Part shown: in pieces, positions 25,586 through 34,081 of the stretch
How the letters are laid out: every line of letters begins with the position of its first letter
How positions within the stretch are numbered: the stretch's first letter is position 1
Assembly (NCBI GenBank): GCA_049513975.1
Contig: JBEKVM010000001.1
Coordinates: 7,836-71,835 of the forward strand
DNA length: 64,000 bases
Direction: 5' to 3'
Source of the DNA: Verrucomicrobiota bacterium
GTDB lineage: Bacteria; Verrucomicrobiota; Verrucomicrobiia; Limisphaerales; Palsa-1400
The notes under the pieces: model-generated
The model's database searches: none
Told to the model about the DNA's origin: nothing
What the model saw: only the letters and a program-made list of their open reading frames with translations
Made by a program: the position numbers and the translations under genes

Positions 25586-27766
25586 ATGTCACACAAACTT
25601 TTCGAGGCGCTCTTGGCCCTGGCGGTGGGACTATTGATTTCGGTCAGCACGTTTCGCGCCGCCGCTCAGGCGCCCTTCACCAACCAGCCGGTCCCCGCGT
25701 TTCTCCAAGTGCCCGTTGCGTTCGGGAGCGCGGCGTGGGGTGATTACGACAACGATGGCAGGCTCGACTTGCTTCTTATCGGCACGACGAATGTGGCCGT
25801 CCCGGTCGGACAGCTTGAGTATGGGTTGGTGCAGTTGTGGCACAACGATGGCAACGGCCAGTTCCATTTGGTCTCCATCCCCGCGCCCGGAGTGCTGGCA
25901 GGCACGGTGGCGTGGGTGGATTACGACAACGACGGATACCTGGATTTCATGATAGCGGGTGAGCCTGACGATGGCTCTTCGCCCGTGGTCCTGTTGTACC
26001 ACAATCAACACGATGGCACATTCACGAATGTGCCGATTCCGGGCCTGGTTTCCTCCATATTGACCGGCCAGTACTGGGGAACACCGTTGTTTTCGTGGGG
26101 GGATTATGATCACGACGGGCGGCCGGACCTTGCGATTATATCTTCCAGTACCAACTCGTATCCCGGGCTCGTGCAGGTGTGGCATAACGATGGCGGCGGC
26201 GCTTTTTCCCAGGTTCCGCTATCATTGACAATCCCAAACGGCTCGACCGTGCAATGGGCAGACATGGATGGCGACGGCTGGATTGACCTGGTTGTTGCCG
26301 GCGCCAGCACGAATGGCGGAAGCGTGTTTCCAGTGGAGATATTCCACAACAATTTCACCAACAATGCCTACCCGCTATTCACGCCGGTGACGTCAATTCT
26401 TCTTGGCCCAAACGCTTCGGCTGCCAAGACATTCAGTCTGGCCATTGCGGACTACAATAACGACGGGCTTCTGGATCTGGTGGCGGGGATTGGTCTCCAG
26501 TCCGGCGGCAACGCCAGCGCGAGTCTCGAATTCAACGTTGGCGCCAACCAATATACCAACAACGGAACGATGATCCCCGGCTCTTTAGGCAAGGTTTTTT
26601 TTGCGGTTGGCGATTACGACAATGATGGGCTTCCTGACCTCGCGGAAATGGACTTCAGTTCCGGCGGTTTCGCAGGATTACTGCTCAATAACGGTGACGA
26701 CAGCTTCAGCACGAACGGGCTTGCGGGTCTGCCGGCAGGGAGCGACCCATTCGTGACTTTTGCAGATTACGACAATGACGGGCGGTTGGACCTGTTTACC
26801 ATGTCAGGCGCCAGTCCACTGCAGCTTTGGCACAATCAGACGCCAGTGACCAACACGCCGCCAACGGCGCCGACCGGGCTGTATGCGATTCCGTTCACGA
26901 ATGGCGCGCAGCTTTCGTGGAATCCGGCCACGGACGCGCAGACGCCTTCTCCAGGGCTGAGCTACAACTTGCGCGTTGGCACTGTTCCCGGCACGGACAA
27001 TTACATCGCAGCCGAGGCGGACCTGTCCACCGGCTGGCGGCGCGTCGTGCAACGGGGAGCGATCCAGGGGACGAACTACGAGCTGACGCAGATGCCACCC
27101 GGAATTTATTACTGGAGCGTGCAAGCGATGGATGCCGCTTTCGCCGGCGGAGCTTTTGCGGCGGAAGGCACGTTCGCCATTCCTGGACTTGCGATCACGC
27201 CGGCCTACAGCGATAACATCACCGCCACTTCAGCGGTCCTGTATTGCTCTGTCAGCAGCGGAGGGACGACCGCGACCGGGTATTTCCAGTGGGGCTTGAC
27301 CACTTCTTACGGGAACACGACGGCGGCACAGTCGCTGGGATCGAGCATCGGCACGGCGCCGTTTCATCAGGGCATTACCGGATTGCAACCGGCGACCTAT
27401 TATCACTTCCGGGGGGTTGTTACCAACGGCGCGACGAGCGTTTATAGTCCTGATACCGTTCTTTACACGGACCCTACGATACTCATTGGCGATTTGACCG
27501 GGAGCGGGCAAATTAGCGGCAGCGAAGCCGGAATGGTGCTGTCGAATTACTTTGTTTCCAGCGGCCTTGTGCTGACAAACCCCGCGTCGCTGGGCGGCGG
27601 AAACTTCCAGTTTGGCCTTGGCGCGATATCGGGGTGGAGCTTCAACGTGCAGGCCAGTTCGGATCTGACGACGTGGAGCAACCTGCCAACGAGCGCGACG
27701 CCGTTCTACGAGTTTTTCGACCCGGAGGCAACCAATTCGCCGTACCGCTTTTATCGGGTGCGCTGA
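25586..27766 (+). CDS. Exported FG-GAP/VCBS repeat protein with FN3-like domains
   Basis: Signal peptide. At least 7 Ca-binding FG-GAP motifs (WGDYDNDGRLDLL, WVDYDNDGYLDF, WGDYDHDGRPDLA, WADMDGDGWIDLV, IADYNNDGLLDLV, VGDYDNDGLPDLA, FADYDNDGRLDLF). C-terminus ...SPYRFYRVR. Confidence 0.85.
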   Translation: MSHKLFEALLALAVGLLISVSTFRAAAQAPFTNQPVPAFLQVPVAFGSAAWGDYDNDGRLDLLLIGTTNVAVPVGQLEYGLVQLWHNDGNGQFHLVSIPAPGVLAGTVAWVDYDNDGYLDFMIAGEPDDGSSPVVLLYHNQHDGTFTNVPIPGLVSSILTGQYWGTPLFSWGDYDHDGRPDLAIISSSTNSYPGLVQVWHNDGGGAFSQVPLSLTIPNGSTVQWADMDGDGWIDLVVAGASTNGGSVFPVEIFHNNFTNNAYPLFTPVTSILLGPNASAAKTFSLAIADYNNDGLLDLVAGIGLQSGGNASASLEFNVGANQYTNNGTMIPGSLGKVFFAVGDYDNDGLPDLAEMDFSSGGFAGLLLNNGDDSFSTNGLAGLPAGSDPFVTFADYDNDGRLDLFTMSGASPLQLWHNQTPVTNTPPTAPTGLYAIPFTNGAQLSWNPATDAQTPSPGLSYNLRVGTVPGTDNYIAAEADLSTGWRRVVQRGAIQGTNYELTQMPPGIYYWSVQAMDAAFAGGAFAAEGTFAIPGLAITPAYSDNITATSAVLYCSVSSGGTTATGYFQWGLTTSYGNTTAAQSLGSSIGTAPFHQGITGLQPATYYHFRGVVTNGATSVYSPDTVLYTDPTILIGDLTGSGQISGSEAGMVLSNYFVSSGLVLTNPASLGGGNFQFGLGAISGWSFNVQASSDLTTWSNLPTSATPFYEFFDPEATNSPYRFYRVR

Positions 27767-27864
27767 GTGCAGCAGGAGTGGCGCGGCGCGAGGACTTGGA
27801 GAGTTTGTCAGCAATTGTTGGCCAGTCGCAATGCCGTTGAATATTTCGAACTGAGTTCGTCAAC

Positions 27865-27948
27865 GGGGTCAAACTAAAACTTTGCCCAAATTGGACTTGA
27901 ATCATGGCCGTCTTTGAGGAGGATGGGAAAAAGTTATGGTTTGACCCC
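27865..27948 (+). repeat. H7: imperfect-palindrome element
   Basis: ggggtcaaactaaaactttgcccaaattggacttgaatcatggccgtctttgaggaggatgggaaaaagttatggtttgacccc. Confidence 0.85.
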
Positions 27949-27966
27949 TACGATGACCCCTACGAC

Positions 27967-28062
27967 GAGGAAAATGGACTTGCAAGTCTGTGGAGAAGGA
28001 GGAGAATCGCGAAAAAGGCCCACCGTGGCCGTGGGCAAGAATCGAAATGGGAAATGTCAAAT
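27967..28062 (+). repeat. Leader sub-module R, copy 3 (R only)
   Basis: cgaggaaaatggacttgcaagtctgtggagaaggaggagaatcgcgaaaaaggcccaccgtggccgtgggcaagaatcgaaatgggaaatgtcaaa. Confidence 0.85.
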
Positions 28063-28069
28063 TGACCCC

Positions 28070-29302
28070 TTGCGGCAAAAAATCTTAACGACTTTGGCTG
28101 TCGTGCTGGTCGCAGGGCTTGTCGCGGGCATTATTGCGTCGCGGCGGGCTTCCCCAACATTGCCGGCTCCTCTCCTCCTGCCCATGAGCCTGGGCAGGAG
28201 CAATGCGGCGTTGGCGGTTTATCCCGGTGCCACTGGGGCCATGTTTGTCTTGCCCGATGGATCGCTGTGGCAGTGGGGAACCGGCGTTAAACATCCGGAT
28301 GGACTTCCAGAACTTTTCGACGATCGGCATCGTTGGGCCAAAGCCTTCAACCGGTCAGGTGGCTGGCTGGCGCAGGAGACTAATGGCAATGTTTGGGAGC
28401 TGCGGCCAGGCCCAAGGCATTTGGTTCCCTTGTCCGTCACAAATCAGGATTGGGTCGAATTGACCGGAGGGGTGATGTACACTTTAGGGCTGCAAAGGGA
28501 CGGAACCATTCTGGGTTGGGAGTTGAATTCTGGCCCGGCGGGCAAAACTAATGCGATCACCGAAGTGGCAACGAATTTCCTTTGGCGCGGCATTTCCGCG
28601 TCTGGACCATTTTGCATTGGCGTGTCGAGCGATGGAATGCTTTGGACTTGGGAACGCCGGGGATTGTCTCCTTTGACCTTTACACAGCCGCTGCAGGCGA
28701 CATCGAATACCAATTGGATCGGCGTGGCTGGCGGACAATATGCGTGGTCCAGTTCGGGCGAATTGTGGGGAGCACCCGTTGCCCGCCTCAATTCTCCAAA
28801 AGCGATTCAGGGACGCTTTGCCTTGGGATCCATTGTGCATGAGATTCGTTCTGACGGCAGTCTTTGGGCGATCGGAGCGCCAGGGCCGCCCACGTCCCGG
28901 CCAATGGCCGGCGGAGGCATTTCCACTTCGTTTGGCGTTTCTGGCAGGTCGGTATCTGGCTCTCGTGCTGCTCTGAATGGGCGTGGCCCAGCGCCTGGTT
29001 TTGGCAAATTTCAATGGCGGAGGGTAGGAGAACGGTCGGACTGGGTTTCGATCTGGGGCTCGGACGGAACCTATTATGGCCTGACTTCCGATAGCACGGT
29101 TTGGGTTTGGGGAGCCGATTGGGGGCAGAAGCCAATTCAAACATCGCAGGACACGCTTGCCCACGCATGGGATGAGATTCGCGATCATATTCAAGCTTCG
29201 CCGGGCGGAGCCGGGCCAATGGCGGGACGAGCAATGATGCTGACTCAGCCATATCAAGACGCACCTCGCCCGTTAATGCGCTTCAAGCCAGTCAGCAAGT
29301 GA
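28070..29302 (+). CDS. Membrane-anchored RCC1-like beta-propeller repeat protein
   Basis: Repeats DGSLWQWG, DGTILGWE, DGMLWTWE, SGELWGAP, DGSLWAIG, DSTVWVWG. The start is uncertain. TTG at 28070 gives (M)RQKILTTLAVVLVAGLVAGIIASRR; ATG at 28184 is the alternative. The track start at 27914 reads through the non-coding R and H7. Confidence 0.65.
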   Translation: MRQKILTTLAVVLVAGLVAGIIASRRASPTLPAPLLLPMSLGRSNAALAVYPGATGAMFVLPDGSLWQWGTGVKHPDGLPELFDDRHRWAKAFNRSGGWLAQETNGNVWELRPGPRHLVPLSVTNQDWVELTGGVMYTLGLQRDGTILGWELNSGPAGKTNAITEVATNFLWRGISASGPFCIGVSSDGMLWTWERRGLSPLTFTQPLQATSNTNWIGVAGGQYAWSSSGELWGAPVARLNSPKAIQGRFALGSIVHEIRSDGSLWAIGAPGPPTSRPMAGGGISTSFGVSGRSVSGSRAALNGRGPAPGFGKFQWRRVGERSDWVSIWGSDGTYYGLTSDSTVWVWGADWGQKPIQTSQDTLAHAWDEIRDHIQASPGGAGPMAGRAMMLTQPYQDAPRPLMRFKPVSK

Positions 29303-29304
29303 GC

Positions 29305-29431
29305 GTTAACAGCCCGTTAAAAAAGGCCCGGTGAGGCACCGGGCCTACAACAGATGCACGCTTTGCGAGGGAAATGTAGGCCGCGTGCCCTCACGCGGCG
29401 GGAGTGGAGCCTTTTTTTGACGGGCTGTTAA
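29305..29431. repeat. 22-bp inverted repeats bracketing a terminator-like stem and a REP
   Basis: gttaacagcccgttaaaaaagg / cctttttttgacgggctgttaa. Inner perfect stem ggcccggtg-agg-caccgggcc at 29325-29345. Confidence 0.75.
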
Positions 29432-29436
29432 AGTCA

Positions 29437-29520
29437 AAGGGGTCACCATGACTTTGCCCAAATAGGACTGGAATCATGGCCGTCTTTGAGCCGGATGGGA
29501 CAAAGCTATAGTTTGACTTT
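29437..29520 (+). repeat. H8: imperfect-palindrome element, most diverged
   Basis: aaggggtcaccatgactttgcccaaataggactggaatcatggccgtctttgagccggatgggacaaagctatagtttgacttt. Confidence 0.8.
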
Positions 29521-29583
29521 GAAGTTATACTTTGATGACCCCTTTGACCTTTGACCCCTTTGACGGGTCCAAAAAGGGAAAGG

Positions 29584-30438
29584 TCAGAGGTTTTGCGCGT
29601 AGGCGATGAACTTGCGGTAGCCGGCCAGAATGGACTGCAAGGCGGCCGCAAAAGCATACTCCGTCAGAAACGCCGGACGGCCTTTGGGCGCCTCCAGGAT
29701 GATTTCAAACGGGCGCGGCCGGACCACCGGCGGGGCGCTGAGAACGCCGGGGAAGGAATCGCGAACGACGGAGTTGCGGGCCGGGAAACCATCAATCAGC
29801 CCCCGTTTGTCCAGCGGCAGAAACGCATCCGCCGCCTTGAGCGCCGGCTCGATGAGATTCCTGGCCAGGGTCGCTCCGTTGACAATGCCGTAGAATCCGT
29901 CACTGGTGTCATCCACATGCAAGGATATGATTCCATGAAAGGAATGCGAGACCAGTTCCGCCTGCAACAAACCCACTTCCGGCTCGCTGGACTTGCTCCA
30001 GAATTCACGGTTCAAATCCTTCCCCCGGCGCGACTGGCGGGTGTTGTCCTCGAAGCCGGTCGGATTGCAAACCGGATAGATCGTCAGGCAGTAACCCGCG
30101 GCCAATTCGGCGTAGGTTTCCAAATACTGTAGAAATCGAACCGCGGCATAGGCCCCTTCCGATTCATCCCCGTGAATCGCGGCAAAGATTCCGATCCGAA
30201 TCGGCGTGTCTCCGCTCTTGGGGCCGATGAACAGATAACGCGGGAGAACATAGCATTCGCCGTCCACTTCAAAGCGCGCGTCGCGATTGACGAGGAGGTT
30301 TGGCGAATGGGCCGCAAGCTGCTCCAAGGGCGCCAACAAGTCGGCGATGGAGCGCCGGGTCACCTCTCTAAGTTTTCCAGTCTTTGCCACGGCGGCGGGC
30401 CGGACCACACTCAATGAATTGCTCATCATGTTCTTCAT
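29584..30438 (-). CDS. M14-type zinc carboxypeptidase / succinylglutamate desuccinylase-aspartoacylase family protein
   Basis: IGIFAAIHGDESEG (Zn ligands H, E), YPVCNPTGFE, DLNREF, GIISLHVD. Confidence 0.75.
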   Translation of the reverse strand: MKNMMSNSLSVVRPAAVAKTGKLREVTRRSIADLLAPLEQLAAHSPNLLVNRDARFEVDGECYVLPRYLFIGPKSGDTPIRIGIFAAIHGDESEGAYAAVRFLQYLETYAELAAGYCLTIYPVCNPTGFEDNTRQSRRGKDLNREFWSKSSEPEVGLLQAELVSHSFHGIISLHVDDTSDGFYGIVNGATLARNLIEPALKAADAFLPLDKRGLIDGFPARNSVVRDSFPGVLSAPPVVRPRPFEIILEAPKGRPAFLTEYAFAAALQSILAGYRKFIAYAQNL

Positions 30439-30439
30439 T

Positions 30440-30600
30440 CAAACGACGTCACAATACAACAAATCTCTACTATGTCAATAGATTTAGTTATCTTTCTGTC
30501 TAAAACATTGTAATATCCTGTACAACAAACATTTACAAATATTAAAATCATATCAAGAATATGATTCTGCAATAATTACCGCCATATCAGACAACATTAT
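30440..30600. promoter_or_regulatory. AT-rich island upstream of the M14 gene, with short palindromes
   Basis: One hand-counted 60-nt line is 25% GC. Palindromes atcatatcaagaatatgat and ctatgtcaatag. Confidence 0.5.
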
Positions 30601-30655
30601 TAAACCGTCAAAGACCTTCGATGGGGAGCGGCCGCGCCTGGCGGGCAGTGGTCGG

Positions 30656-30785
30656 CTCCTCCGCCGACCACACAGCCCGATGGAGCCGTTGCGGTTTGAA
30701 GCGCTTGAGACCAAGACTGACCGGCGAGGGCGCCGGTCAGCACACGCGAGGGCGCGTATGCTCCCCGCGCATTCCCCTTCGCAAG
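30656..30785 (+). repeat. Leader sub-module S, terminal copy upstream of the DUF4175-like gene
   Basis: ctcctccgccgaccacacagcccgatggagccgttgcggtttgaagcgcttgagaccaagactgaccggcgagggcgccggtcagcacacgcgagggcgcgtatgctccccgcgcattccccttcgcaag aligns with 22815-22925 and 25095-25165. Confidence 0.85.
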
Positions 30786-30884
30786 AACAGTGTCGAGCTG
30801 CGCCAAATGCCGGTTTTTGTTGAATTTTGCAACTTGAACGTTGGGGTTTACCGTCTAACCTAATGTGTGCGCCGCGCACGCGTC

Positions 30885-33800
30885 ATGCCGCAAAACGACA
30901 ATTATACGCTGGTGGATTTGCCCGAGGGCTTGCGCCGGCAGTTTGAAAAAGCCGGGCAACGCCTCTGGCGCGTGGAAACCACGACGGCGGTGTGCGGGGT
31001 CGCGGCCAGCCTCCTCTTTTCCGTGCTGGCCGTTTTTATGTCCGACCGGCTTTGGGCAACCCCGGTCTGGCTGCGGGTCTTTATTTTCCTGTGCGGCCTG
31101 GGCGGCGCCACGGCGGCCATCCTGGCCTGGGCGCGCCATTGGGTTTGGCGCCGGCGCGACATGCGGGCGCTGGCCACTTTGGTGCAAAAGAAATACCGGC
31201 GCCTGGGCGACCGGCTGCTGGGCATCGTGGAGCTGGCCAACGAACAGCAGCATTTGCCTAATTTTTCCCCCGCCCTCTATCACGCCGCCATCGCCCAAGT
31301 GGCGGAGGAGGCCCGAAAATTCGATTTCCAGCAAAGCGTCAATGTGCGCCCCGCCAAAAACATGGGTTGGACGGCGGCGGGCTTGTCGCTCCTGTTGCTC
31401 GCCTCCTCCCTGGCGCTGCCGCAGGCCAGTTGGAACGCCTTTTTGCGCTGGATCGAGCCGGGCGCAAACGTGCCGCGCTACACCCTGGTCGTGCTGGACG
31501 GATTTGCGCAGAAGCTGATCGTGCCGCACGGGGAGCCTTTTGAGGTTTCCGGCACGGTTCGCTACCTCTCCTTTTGGAAGCCGTCCCAAGTTTTTGCCTG
31601 GTTCGGGCGGCAGCCCAAAACCCAATCCACCGTCCGGTCGGGCACGGTCCGCCTACAGATTGCGGGACAGGTGGAGAATGGCGTTTTGAAGGTGCGGGTG
31701 GGCGACGCCCTGGCGGAGGTGACCATCCTGCCCAACCACCGCCCTTCCTTGCAGCAACTTGCCGCCTCGATTCACTTGCCCGATTATTTGCGCTATCCCG
31801 ACCTGTCCGAGGCGGTGCAGAGCGGGACGTTTCGGGCGCTGGAGGGCAGCCGCGTCGGTTTTGTCGGCACGGTCAGCCGTCCGCTGGCGGCGGCCTCGAT
31901 GCAAGGCGGCGGCCGGAGTCTGGCGGCGCTGAAAGTGCAAGGCCCGACTTTTTCCAGCCCGCCCGCCGAAACGGAGGGAGCTGGCGAACTGGTTTTCAAT
32001 TGGCGCGACCAACTGGGTCTGACCAATGCGGCGCCCTGGCGGCTTTCCTTGCAGCGGCAAAGCGACCAGCCGCCGCAGGCCGACCTTCCCGACCTGCCGC
32101 GGGCCACGGCCATGCTGGCGACGGACGTGATGCATATTCGCGCCCAGGCCCAGGATGATTTCGGCGTGCGCGATCTGGGTTTGATCTGGGGGGTTGATTC
32201 CGATGGCGGGCAGACGGACCCGATGTCAACGGAGATCAAGGCCGAAATATCTTCCGCCCAGGAGAAGAGGGTGGAGGAGGTTTTTCTGTGGAGTCCCGCC
32301 CTCTATCGCATCCCGGCGGACTCGACCGTGGAATTGCAGGGGTTTGCCCGCGATTATTTTCCCAAACGGGAGCGCGCCCGCACCGCCTCTTATTTCATCC
32401 GTGTTCTCAGCCCGGAAGCGCACGCCGAAATGTTGCGCCAGAACCTGGAGGCCCTCATGGCCCAGATCGAGGACATTACCCGGCTGCAGGAAAAAATCGT
32501 GTCGGACACCACCGATGTCAAAGAATCCGCCAAGGACCTGCCCGGCGCGCAACAATCTGCCCGCCTCACCCAGAGCCATGAAGAGCAACTGCAAAACGCC
32601 CGGCGGCTGGACGAATTGAGCCGCCAGGGCGAAAACACCGTGCGCGAAGCCATGAAGAATTCGCTGATTCCCGAGGACACCATCCGCCAGTGGAGCCAGA
32701 CGTTGCAACAGTGGGAGAAGTTGTCCGGGGAGAAAATGCCGGAGGCCGCCCGCGCCATGCAGGCCGCCGCGCAAGATGCCAAGGCCGGGGCACAGTCGCA
32801 AAGCACCCCGTCGCAACCGCAGAATTCCCAGTCGCAGCAGCAAAATGCCAAGGCACAGGAGGAGGATGCCAAGCGGCTGGAGCAGGAGCTGGCTGACGCC
32901 GAGAAACGCGCCGAGGAAGTGCTGGAGGCACTTCGGAAGATGGAGCAAAACGCCAACCAAAACCTCGATAAGTTGCAGGCCCTCACCCTGGCCCAACGCT
33001 TGCGCCGGGTCGGCGACGAGGAACAAGGTTTGGGCGGGCAGTTGACCACCAACCTGGCCGACACCATCGGCCTGCCCCCCCAGGAATTGCCGGAAAAATT
33101 CAAGCGGCTCAACACCAGCTACGTCAAGCGCCAGGGCGGCGCCCATGACGAATCGGCCGCCTTGCAGGCTGAAATCAGCCGCTTTTTTGAGCGCACCCAA
33201 AAACCCAATTACGGCAAGGTCAGCCAGGACATGAAGGATTCCCACGCCTCGGACGAGTTGGACCGGATGGGCGGACTGATCCAAAGCAACATCACCATCC
33301 AAACCTCGCTGGACCTGACCAACTGGTCCGGACGTTTTCAGAAATGGGCCGAAGACCTCGAACCCAAAGAGCAAGCCGGCCAGGGCGGCGGCGGTCAAGG
33401 CCCGCCCCCGCTGGATCTGACCAAGCAGTTGATCGCCCTGCTGCGCCTCCGGGAAAGGCAATCCACCCTGCGCGACCAGACCGGCGTGCTGGAATGGAGC
33501 AAAGAGACCACGCCCGATTACAAGGAGCAGGCCGCAGCCCTCGCCACCACCCAGGGAAACTTGGGCCAGGCCCTGGACCTCATTCACCAGGCCACCCCCG
33601 TCCCGGCCTTTGACCCGCCCTTCCATCAGGTCGGCACCGCCATGGAGGAGGCCCAGGCGCTTCTGGCCAAACCTCAGACCGACGCAGTTACCGACGGCAC
33701 CGAGGCCAGGTCCGTGGATGCGCTTTCCGATTTGATCAACCTCATCAATGAAGCCGGCCAACGCGGCCAGCAGCAACAGCAGGAACAGGCCGGCGACGCC

Positions 33801-34079
33801 AGCGCCGAAGAAATGGCCTTTCTGACCCGCATGATGCGCAGTGGCAACCCGAACGGTCCTCCAGGCATGCAACCGCCGGGGCCGGGCGGCTCCGGCCGCG
33901 GCAACCTCTCCGGCGGAACCACCGACCAGAACGGCCGCCCCATGGGCGGCGACGCGTCAGGCCGGGGCGCGGCCGGGCGCAACGTCATCAAAGCGGAGGG
34001 CGTCATCCAGAATGCCCCCGTCGAGTTCCGCGACGCCCTGGAGAACTACTTTCACAACATCGAAAAACCAAACCCCTGA
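30885..34079 (+). CDS. Large membrane protein with Q-rich coiled-coil region (DUF4175-like)
   Basis: Two N-terminal TM helices, Ig-like middle with a DDFGV motif, a low-complexity QSQ/AQ-rich helical region, and C-terminal PVEFRDALENYF. Start is ATG 30885 or GTG 30867. Family call is from memory of the architecture only. Confidence 0.6.
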   Translation: MPQNDNYTLVDLPEGLRRQFEKAGQRLWRVETTTAVCGVAASLLFSVLAVFMSDRLWATPVWLRVFIFLCGLGGATAAILAWARHWVWRRRDMRALATLVQKKYRRLGDRLLGIVELANEQQHLPNFSPALYHAAIAQVAEEARKFDFQQSVNVRPAKNMGWTAAGLSLLLLASSLALPQASWNAFLRWIEPGANVPRYTLVVLDGFAQKLIVPHGEPFEVSGTVRYLSFWKPSQVFAWFGRQPKTQSTVRSGTVRLQIAGQVENGVLKVRVGDALAEVTILPNHRPSLQQLAASIHLPDYLRYPDLSEAVQSGTFRALEGSRVGFVGTVSRPLAAASMQGGGRSLAALKVQGPTFSSPPAETEGAGELVFNWRDQLGLTNAAPWRLSLQRQSDQPPQADLPDLPRATAMLATDVMHIRAQAQDDFGVRDLGLIWGVDSDGGQTDPMSTEIKAEISSAQEKRVEEVFLWSPALYRIPADSTVELQGFARDYFPKRERARTASYFIRVLSPEAHAEMLRQNLEALMAQIEDITRLQEKIVSDTTDVKESAKDLPGAQQSARLTQSHEEQLQNARRLDELSRQGENTVREAMKNSLIPEDTIRQWSQTLQQWEKLSGEKMPEAARAMQAAAQDAKAGAQSQSTPSQPQNSQSQQQNAKAQEEDAKRLEQELADAEKRAEEVLEALRKMEQNANQNLDKLQALTLAQRLRRVGDEEQGLGGQLTTNLADTIGLPPQELPEKFKRLNTSYVKRQGGAHDESAALQAEISRFFERTQKPNYGKVSQDMKDSHASDELDRMGGLIQSNITIQTSLDLTNWSGRFQKWAEDLEPKEQAGQGGGGQGPPPLDLTKQLIALLRLRERQSTLRDQTGVLEWSKETTPDYKEQAAALATTQGNLGQALDLIHQATPVPAFDPPFHQVGTAMEEAQALLAKPQTDAVTDGTEARSVDALSDLINLINEAGQRGQQQQQEQAGDASAEEMAFLTRMMRSGNPNGPPGMQPPGPGGSGRGNLSGGTTDQNGRPMGGDASGRGAAGRNVIKAEGVIQNAPVEFRDALENYFHNIEKPNP

Positions 34080-34081
34080 CC

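Noticed and set aside
20053-29520. The H repeats as a CRISPR array
   Set aside because: Spacing is 0.2-2.9 kb and irregular, the intervals contain full genes, the repeats are 84-bp palindromes, and no cas genes are present.
30826-30857. ECF sigma-type promoter (AACTT-N17-GTCTAA) upstream of the DUF4175-like gene
   Set aside because: It only partly matches the sigma-E-like consensus (GC instead of GG before AACTT). It is a single occurrence and cannot be distinguished from chance without transcription-start data.
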